NCBI GenBank assembly: GCA_046758745.1 | Contig: JBHIAV010000003.1 | Span: 46,262-110,261 of the forward strand | Direction of reading: 5' to 3' | Length of the DNA: 64,000 bases | Source of the DNA: Gemmatimonadota bacterium | GTDB taxonomy: Bacteria > Gemmatimonadota > Gemmatimonadetes > Palauibacterales > Palauibacteraceae | Part shown: one piece after another, positions 57,337 to 64,000 of the stretch | Numbering within the stretch: position 1 is the first letter of the stretch | Layout: each line of letters begins with the position of its first letter | Program-made: the position numbers and the translations under genes | The notes under the pieces: generated by a model | What the model was told of the DNA's origin: nothing | What the model saw: the letters and a program-made list of their open reading frames with translations, nothing else | Database searches by the model: none

Positions 57337-58947
57337 GTGCCAGGCCGGGACGAGCCCCGCTCCATGCGGCAGCTGTCCGCGCTCACGGCTCTGTACGAGT
57401 GCGCGAGAGAGATAGGCTTGCGGGACAACCTCGACGACTTGCTCGACGAGGTGCTCGCGCGCGCCCAGCAGCTCATCGGGTTCGAGCACTGCGCCCTTAT
57501 GCTGTACGATCCGGAGAGCGAAGACCTCACCGTGGTGCGCGTGCGCGGCTACGGGGCGCGGGCGGACGAGATCCGGGGTCTATCGCTCAGGTGCGGAGAG
57601 GGACTCTCCGGGTGGGCGGTACAGAAGAGAACCGCTGTCCGGGTGGGTGATGTCGCGGCGGACCAAAGGTACTTGACCGGCCTCGCGGAGGCCCGTTCCA
57701 ACCTGGCGGTTCCGCTCATGGTGGAGAACGAGGTCGTGGGCGTGCTGAACGCCGAGTCGGAGCGACCCGACGCGTTCTCGCTCGAGCACGAGAGGCTGCT
57801 CACCGTCCTCGGTGCGCAGGCGGCCCTGGCGATCGCGGCCCAGAAGGCACAGGACAGGCTGACCCAACGCATGGATCAGCTCGACGCCCTGTATCGGATC
57901 AGCCAGCTTGCCAGCGAGGAGGAAGATCTGGGGGCCACCCTGCAGGCGATGGTCGACATCACGCAGGAGATCATCCCCGGCGGCCAGTGCGCCATCCTGC
58001 TCCTCGACGAGCGCAGCGGATCGCTGCGGGTGGAGGCGGCGCAGGGATACCCGACCGGAGTGGTGGGACTCGAGATCCCCCTCGGAGCGGGCGTGACGGG
58101 CCGCTGCGCGAGGACCGGTGAGATCGTCAGGGTAGACGACCTACATGGCGACGTGGACTACATCCCCGGCGTCCCCGGCGCCCGTAGCGAGATCGCCGTT
58201 CCCCTCCTCGTGGAGGGACGGGTGATCGGGGTCCTGAACGCGGAATCGGTGGAGCCGCGGGCCTTCAGCCACACCCACCGGCAGACGCTCAGCGTCGTCG
58301 CCAGACAGGCCGCCATCGTGATCCGGGCGGCGCAACTGCGGGAGGAGACCCGCCGGCTCGCGGTGACCGACGCGCTCACCGGCCTCTACAACCGGAGGCA
58401 CTTCTCTCACCACCTGGACCTCGCGGTGGCGCGTGCCCGACGGCACGGGGAGACGCTCGCGCTCCTCATGCTGGACCTCGACCACTTCAAATCGATCAAC
58501 GACCGCTTCGGCCATCACATCGGTGATCGCGCCCTGCAGCTGGCGGCGGGCGCTTTGAGCGGCTCGGTGCGGGAGAGCGACGTGGCGGCCCGCGTCGGCG
58601 GCGAGGAGTTCGCGATCCTCGCCGTGCACGCGGACGCCGAGGCGGCGCTCGCAGCCGCCGAGCGGCTGCGCTCGGCGATCGAAGGCCTGGCAGTTCCGAC
58701 GAGCGGGGGCAGGACCGTGTGCACTACCGCCTCCGTCGGGATCGCCGTCTTCCCGGAGCACGGGACCGATGCCCAAGCGCTCTTCGAGGGAGCAGACCGG
58801 GCGCTGTACGAGGCGAAACGGCTCGGGCGAAACCGGGTCGTGGTAGCGGAGCCCGGTCGACCGACGCGTGAGGGAGGGACAGCCGGCCGTCCCTGCACTT
58901 GCCGGCTTCCCGGCGACGGGACAGAATCCTCACGACCGCAGTCTTGA
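57337..58947 (+). CDS. Diguanylate cyclase, GAF-GAF-GGDEF
   Basis: Two GAF repeats ('RSNLAVPL', 'RSEIAVPL'); 'DALTGLYNRR', 'DLDHFKSIND', I-site RESD, GGEEF. Confidence 0.95.
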   Translation: MPGRDEPRSMRQLSALTALYECAREIGLRDNLDDLLDEVLARAQQLIGFEHCALMLYDPESEDLTVVRVRGYGARADEIRGLSLRCGEGLSGWAVQKRTAVRVGDVAADQRYLTGLAEARSNLAVPLMVENEVVGVLNAESERPDAFSLEHERLLTVLGAQAALAIAAQKAQDRLTQRMDQLDALYRISQLASEEEDLGATLQAMVDITQEIIPGGQCAILLLDERSGSLRVEAAQGYPTGVVGLEIPLGAGVTGRCARTGEIVRVDDLHGDVDYIPGVPGARSEIAVPLLVEGRVIGVLNAESVEPRAFSHTHRQTLSVVARQAAIVIRAAQLREETRRLAVTDALTGLYNRRHFSHHLDLAVARARRHGETLALLMLDLDHFKSINDRFGHHIGDRALQLAAGALSGSVRESDVAARVGGEEFAILAVHADAEAALAAAERLRSAIEGLAVPTSGGRTVCTTASVGIAVFPEHGTDAQALFEGADRALYEAKRLGRNRVVVAEPGRPTREGGTAGRPCTCRLPGDGTESSRPQS

Positions 58948-59010
58948 CTGGATGCGCGCTGGGCGGTGCGCTCGTCGCGCGCCGGGACCGGATCACGGGA
59001 AGGAAGAGCC

Positions 59011-59343
59011 ATGGGCCGCCTCGCTCTCGCCCAGAAAGAGTGCGTTCCCTGCCGAGGGGGCGTTCCGCCTCTCGAGGGAGAGGAGCTCCGCCATCTTCTG
59101 GCAGAGCTGGACGCCGGTTGGTCGGTCGTGGATAGACACCACCTCCAGAAGGAGTTCACCTTCAAGAATTTCCGGGAAGCTCTCGACTTTACGGCCCGGG
59201 TCGGGGAGCTCGCAGAGGATCAGGGGCACCATCCCGACATCTACCTCGCCTGGGGCCTGGTTCGCGTCACGATCTGGACCCACAAGATCGACGGGCTCAC
59301 GGAGAGCGACTTCGTGCTGGCAGCGAAGATCGAGGAGCTCTGA
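59011..59343 (+). CDS. phhB: Pterin-4-alpha-carbinolamine dehydratase
   Basis: 'AEDQGHHPDI', 'WTHKIDGLTESDFVLAAKI'. Confidence 0.95.
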   Translation: MGRLALAQKECVPCRGGVPPLEGEELRHLLAELDAGWSVVDRHHLQKEFTFKNFREALDFTARVGELAEDQGHHPDIYLAWGLVRVTIWTHKIDGLTESDFVLAAKIEEL

Positions 59344-59676
59344 CCGGTCGTCAGGAGCCGACGGCCCGGCACGTCCGACCTCACCGCTCGTCGATGGCGG
59401 ACATCGTCCGGACTGGCTCCGGTTCCACCCCTCCCCCTCGGGCCGAGCGAAGCAGGTCGCTCGTGGCCGCCAGCCCGCCGCGCCTCCGCCTTCCCGGCGG
59501 CCGGGGATTCGAAACCGACTGAGCCGCTCTCGCAATCGGTGCGGCCCGCCGCGGCTTGTCTTGCTGAGGGGAACGAGGGTCCTTGATATTGCGAGCTTTC
59601 TGTGCCTGCCTCCCGGTCGTCTGGGTCGTCAGGGAGGCATGGGGGCGATTCCGCAAACCCGGAGATCGATCGGAGC

Positions 59677-61176
59677 ATGACTACGACCACGATCGGCCAG
59701 CCCGTCCGAGAGGTTGAGGAGAAGCAGTTCTGGGGTCACCCGAGAGGGCTCTCCACCCTCTTCTTCACCGAGCTATGGGAGCGGTTCAGCTACTACGGGA
59801 TGCGGGCACTCCTCGTGCTGTTCATGACGGCCGCGGTGGTGGATGGCGGGATGGCGCTGAACACGGTGCGGGCGACGGCCATCTACGGGCTCTACACGGC
59901 CGCGGTGTACCTGCTCGCCCTTCCCGGCGGATGGGTGGCGGACCGTTTGCTCGGCCAGCGCCGGGCTGTCTTCACCGGCGGCGTGGTCATCGCGTCGGGC
60001 CACTTCAGCATGGCGATACCGACCACGGTCAGCTTCTATCTCGGCCTCATCTTGATCGTCATCGGGACCGGCCTCCTCAAGCCCAACGTCAGCGCGATCG
60101 TCGGAGAGCTATATGGCCCGGCGGAGGGTGAGCGGAGGGACGCCGGCTTCTCGATCTTCTACATGGGGATCAACATCGGGGCTCTCGTCGGGCCGCTCGT
60201 ATGCGGCTACCTGGGAGAGCGGGTCAACTGGCACCTGGGGTTCAGCGCCGCCGGCATCGGGATGGTGCTCGGGCTGATCCAGTACAAGCTCGGGGGTCGC
60301 TACCTCGGGAGCGCCGGCGAGCTGAGGTCGGAAGTGCAGGCGAAGCGCGCGGAGGCCGGCCGCACCTTCCTCCTCGGCGTGCTCGGGGTGATCGGACTTA
60401 CGCTGGCCGTCTACTTCCTGGGCCGCAGCGGGATCCTTCGGCTGAGTGTCGAGGGCGTGGCGGACGCGACCGGCTACGTGATCGTGGCTCTCGCCATCCT
60501 GTACTTCATGTACGTTCTCATGCTCGGACAGCTCGAGCCGGCTGAGAAGAAGCGGGTGATCGTCATCTTCTTCCTGTTCGTGGGCGCAGCCCTCTTCTGG
60601 TCGGGCTTCGAGCAGGCGGGCTCGTCGATGAACCTGTTCGCGCGCGACATGACGGACCGGAGTGTTCTCGGCTGGGAGATGCCGACAAGCTTCCTGCAGT
60701 CCGTCAACCCCACCTTCATCATCCTGCTCGCGCCCGTCTTCGGGGCGCTGTGGGTCACACTCGGCAGCCGTGCTCCCTCGCTCCCGCTGAAGTTCGGCCT
60801 CGGGCTCGCGCTTCTCGGCGTCGGCTTCCTCGTCATCGCGTGGGGCGCGTCCTTCGCGGAGGACGGCACGATGGTGAGCCCGATGTGGCTGATTGTCACC
60901 TACTTCCTACATACGTGCGGCGAACTCTGCCTCAGCCCGGTGGGGCTGAGCAGCGTCACCAAGCTCTCGCCGAAGAAGCTGGTGGGGCAGATGATGGGGA
61001 TCTGGTTCATGGGCGCCGCGCTCGGAAACCTGATCGCCGGGCGGCTGGCTGGCCGGTTCGAGACGATGGCGCCATCGCAGCTCTTCTTCTGGGTGGCGGT
61101 GATCTCCGGCGCCGCCGGAGTCCTCTTCTTCCTGTTCAGCCGGCCGGTCAAGAGGCTGATGGGGGGTGTTTACTAG
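59677..61176 (+). CDS. dtpT: Proton-dependent oligopeptide transporter (POT/PTR)
   Basis: 'GHPRGL', 'ELWERFSYYGM' (ExxERF), 'GTGLLKPN', 'FYMGINIG', 'GELCLSPVG'. Confidence 0.95.
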   Translation: MTTTTIGQPVREVEEKQFWGHPRGLSTLFFTELWERFSYYGMRALLVLFMTAAVVDGGMALNTVRATAIYGLYTAAVYLLALPGGWVADRLLGQRRAVFTGGVVIASGHFSMAIPTTVSFYLGLILIVIGTGLLKPNVSAIVGELYGPAEGERRDAGFSIFYMGINIGALVGPLVCGYLGERVNWHLGFSAAGIGMVLGLIQYKLGGRYLGSAGELRSEVQAKRAEAGRTFLLGVLGVIGLTLAVYFLGRSGILRLSVEGVADATGYVIVALAILYFMYVLMLGQLEPAEKKRVIVIFFLFVGAALFWSGFEQAGSSMNLFARDMTDRSVLGWEMPTSFLQSVNPTFIILLAPVFGALWVTLGSRAPSLPLKFGLGLALLGVGFLVIAWGASFAEDGTMVSPMWLIVTYFLHTCGELCLSPVGLSSVTKLSPKKLVGQMMGIWFMGAALGNLIAGRLAGRFETMAPSQLFFWVAVISGAAGVLFFLFSRPVKRLMGGVY

Positions 61177-61481
61177 CCGTCTTCCGAACGCGGCGCGTCC
61201 GCGCGGCCGATGGCGGCGCCCGCCGCGATCGGCCGGGACGGATCCCACCCCACATGGACGGCCCCTGCGACCCTCCGCCCCCGAGCCTTGCAGGCTGCGA
61301 CGATTCCCCGTATCTGCCGCCGTGGCGCGCGGTCCACAGCTGGGCGCCGACCGGCTGTGGCCTGCGTGCACCGGCGCGACGATCCCCCGGAGGGCGCGGA
61401 CGAACGCCGATGTTGCGGCATACCGCCCCCTGTCCGGTCTCCCCGGGGTTCCGCTGCTGGCCGGCGCACAGCGGGCTCGAA

Positions 61482-61496
61482 TGGCACGCCCGTTGC
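61482..61496 (+). promoter_or_regulatory. Sigma54 (-24/-12) promoter
   Basis: TGGCACGCCCGTTGC matches TGGCACG-N4-TTGC exactly, about 75 nt before the ATG. Confidence 0.8.
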
Positions 61497-61569
61497 GCCG
61501 ATGCCGCGCGTAAGGCCGGCTCGACCCGGCCCTGGCTGCGCAGACAGAAAAATCTGGGAGTTGGTCTCT

Positions 61570-63039
61570 ATGATAACGATCGGAGTCGCACCGCTGGATG
61601 AGCGGCTCGGTGGGATCCGGCAAGGAGGGATCTACCTGCTCGCCGGAGCGCCGGGCTCCGGCAAGCTCGCACTCATCCTCCATTTCTTACAGGAGGGGAT
61701 CCGCGCCGGCGAACGCGTCGGCCTCGTGTGCGCATCGCCCCCCGGCAACGTGTTCGAGCAGGCGCGGCACTTCGGCATCGACCTGGAGGACCCGTGGCGA
61801 TCGGACCGGCTGGCGCTGGTCGGATTCCGCGGGGACTACCCCCGCCGGATCCTGCACGCGGCCGACCCGGACGAGGCGTTCGCGGAGCTCGGCCTGGCGC
61901 TCGGCGGGCCCGTCTCCCGGCTGGGCCTCGATCCCTCCACCCTCCTGTGGGAGACGCGCGCGGGCACCGACATGGCCGCGCGCTTCCTGAACTGGACCGA
62001 GGCGCTCGGCGCCACGGTGTGGGGTACCCTGACGAGCGATCTCGCCGGCGACCTCTCCCAGCCGACCGAGTGGGTGCTGGGACGCGCCGCTGGCGCCTTT
62101 CATCTGGCCGTGCTGCCGAGCGGCCTGAGGGAGCTCACCGTCCGGCGGCTCAACCCACCCGCCGACGATCCCGGTCCGATCACGCTGGAATACACCCCCG
62201 GCGAGGGAATCGTGGCTCCGACCGGTCGGCTCGACCGGCGTCGCACCGATCCCCCGGCGGAGGGCAGCGGCCGCCTTCTGCTTCTCCGCCTCGCCTCGCA
62301 GCTTCCCGAGGACATCGGAGGCTGGATGCGAGGGGAGTACGAGGTGACCGAGGTGGCGGACCCGCTCCGTTTGATCTCCTACCTCCACGACCATGCGGCG
62401 TTCGGGACGGTCCTGCTGTACCTGGAGCGCTCCCGCATGGACGAAGCGATTCAGGTGTGCCGTACCGTGCGACCGATCACGCGGGGCTGCCTCGTCCTGG
62501 TCTCGGATGAAGCGGTGCGGGCCTCGGATCGAGCTCGGGCCCTGGACGCCGGCGCGGATGACTTCCTCAGCGGGGATGTGGACGTCCGGGAGCTCCGCAC
62601 ACGCATGCGGCGGGCGACGGAGAAAGGACGGGAGCGCCGCCCCGGCGGGGACGCTTCGGAAGAGGGCCGTCCGCCACTCGAGCCGATGGAGGGGATCCTC
62701 CCGGAGGAGGCGTTCGGCGCCGAGGTGCGCCGGCGCCTCGCCTCCACCGGACGACACTTTTTCACCGTGGTGTGGTTCCGGGATCACGCAACGCTTCTCG
62801 GGAGGTTGGGCCCGATCCTGCGACAGCACATTCGCGCCGAAGCGGGCGACTTCTGCGGGGAGGTGGGCGACGGCTTCGGTGTGGTGCTGCAGGATTCGCG
62901 TGCCCGCCAGGCCCAGGCGTTCCTCGAGCGAGTGGGCCGCTCGTTGAAGGAAGCCGCGGGGCCGGACGCGCGGATCGAAGCCGAGGTCCTTACCAGCCCG
63001 GGTGACGCCGGGCGGATCGAAGCTCGCGTCTCGGCCTGA
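61570..63039 (+). CDS. KaiC/RecA-like ATPase domain + pseudo-receiver + degenerate GGDEF-like domain (BcsE-like architecture)
   Basis: 'IGVAPLDERLGG..GAPGSGKL'; REC-like 'ALDAGADDFL' without the phospho-Asp or conserved Lys; C-terminal 'IRAEAGDFCG..FGVVLQD..AQAFLERV'. Confidence 0.75.
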   Translation: MITIGVAPLDERLGGIRQGGIYLLAGAPGSGKLALILHFLQEGIRAGERVGLVCASPPGNVFEQARHFGIDLEDPWRSDRLALVGFRGDYPRRILHAADPDEAFAELGLALGGPVSRLGLDPSTLLWETRAGTDMAARFLNWTEALGATVWGTLTSDLAGDLSQPTEWVLGRAAGAFHLAVLPSGLRELTVRRLNPPADDPGPITLEYTPGEGIVAPTGRLDRRRTDPPAEGSGRLLLLRLASQLPEDIGGWMRGEYEVTEVADPLRLISYLHDHAAFGTVLLYLERSRMDEAIQVCRTVRPITRGCLVLVSDEAVRASDRARALDAGADDFLSGDVDVRELRTRMRRATEKGRERRPGGDASEEGRPPLEPMEGILPEEAFGAEVRRRLASTGRHFFTVVWFRDHATLLGRLGPILRQHIRAEAGDFCGEVGDGFGVVLQDSRARQAQAFLERVGRSLKEAAGPDARIEAEVLTSPGDAGRIEARVSA

Positions 63040-63064
63040 GCCCCGAGGGAAACTTCGCGACGCC

Positions 63065-63970
63065 GTGGCGATCGATCCGAGGACCTCCGGAGCGAGGAGG
63101 CGACGGCTCCCGTACTGGGCCAGTTACGGCGTGGTTGCGCTCATCCTGACCGCGGTCACCGCGTTCTTCGCCCTGGTCGTCCTCCCGCAGCGCTTCGTCC
63201 TGCACGCCGGCCTGCGGGAATCGGGGATCAGCTTCCCCGCGCGGCGACCGGGGTTCGCCGCTGTCTCCCGCGGACGCATCGTGCAGCCACCGCCGCGGCG
63301 CATCCCGCCGGCGGCGCCTGGAGAGGGCCCGGCCGAGCGCTTCTGGCGCGGAATCCTGCCGCTGCTGGAGACCGGCCGTTACGAGAAGGCGCTGCCCCTC
63401 TTCCGCCAGTACCTCGAGCACCACCCGGAGGACACGGACGTGTGGCGTGAATACGCCCTCGCTCTGATTCGGGCCGGCCGACCGGCCGAGGCCGAGGCGG
63501 CGATCGAGCACCTAGGCGCGCCGAACGACCGGCTCGCGGCCCGGCTGGCACTCGCTCGCTTCTGGCGCGACCGCGGAGAGACCGACCGGGCGATCGAGGC
63601 CTACCGCGACCTGGTAATGGCCTATCCGGAGAACCGCACCTTGCGCCGGGAGCTGGCCCGTGCCCTTTCGTGGGCGGAGCGGTACGACGAGGCGGCACAG
63701 GTATTCGCCGAACTCCTCGGGCAGGACCGGGAGGACGAGGCGCTGCGCCTCGAGCTCGCGCGGGTTCTGTACTGGGCCGGACGGCTCCCGGAGGCCCGCG
63801 AAGTGCTCGCGGGAATCTCGCCCGACAGCCGGGAGGCCGCCGAGGCCGTGGCGCTGGACGGCCGCCTCGCCGAGCTGCTGGCGCGCCGGCCGCCCTCTCC
63901 GCCCGTCGACGAACCGCCCGTCGTCCGAGCGCGTCGGGCGGCCGCCGAGGGGGACCTCGAGGCGGCCTGA
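63065..63970 (+). CDS. Membrane-anchored TPR-repeat protein, possibly truncated
   Basis: N-terminal TM; repeated 'LARALSWAERYDEAA' and 'LARVLYWAGRLPEA' TPRs; stop falls mid-repeat. Confidence 0.8.
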   Translation: MAIDPRTSGARRRRLPYWASYGVVALILTAVTAFFALVVLPQRFVLHAGLRESGISFPARRPGFAAVSRGRIVQPPPRRIPPAAPGEGPAERFWRGILPLLETGRYEKALPLFRQYLEHHPEDTDVWREYALALIRAGRPAEAEAAIEHLGAPNDRLAARLALARFWRDRGETDRAIEAYRDLVMAYPENRTLRRELARALSWAERYDEAAQVFAELLGQDREDEALRLELARVLYWAGRLPEAREVLAGISPDSREAAEAVALDGRLAELLARRPPSPPVDEPPVVRARRAAAEGDLEAA

Positions 63971-64000
63971 CTGTTAGGTCAGCGGAGGAGGGGGAGGGGC

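Noticed and set aside
61570-63039. Circadian KaiC or gas-vesicle GvpD call
   Set aside because: Single degenerate ATPase domain fused to REC- and GGDEF-like parts; no kaiA/kaiB or gvp genes
63968-63970. Selenocysteine read-through of the TPR gene TGA
   Set aside because: Downstream in-frame residues (LLGQRRRGRG) are not TPR-like and there is no redox motif context
63960-64000. Complete integron attC site
   Set aside because: Only a GTTRRRY match; no properly spaced inverse core or L boxes and no integrase in the window

Overview
GC-rich bacterial chromosomal segment. Gene content (Ser/Thr kinase-TPR, BTAD-AAA regulator, DUF1800/DUF1501, many exported peptidases) suggests Gemmatimonadota; this is an inference. 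It holds about 55 genes, mostly housekeeping, redox, envelope and peptidase functions. I saw no rRNA, tRNA, CRISPR array or intact transposase. Most notable: (1) a four-gene divergent chaperone-usher-like pilus operon (18.8-23.4 kb); (2) a sigma54-driven operon at the right edge starting with a degenerate ATPase-REC-GGDEF protein (BcsE-like architecture) and a TPR gene that ends abruptly, near an intact GAF-GAF-GGDEF cyclase; (3) a sigma54-driven pair of a membrane coiled-coil protein and a vWA lipoprotein; (4) several correctly spaced -24/-12 promoters, some in front of unannotated small ORFs; (5) a csp-rpsU locus with an attenuator-like leader; (6) an orphan sdpR-sdpI-hydrolase operon with a double palindromic operator. 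Smaller observations include two gene remnants (MOSC_N, ECF sigma) and a G5-tract tandem repeat. All family calls come from motif recognition by eye, not database searches.
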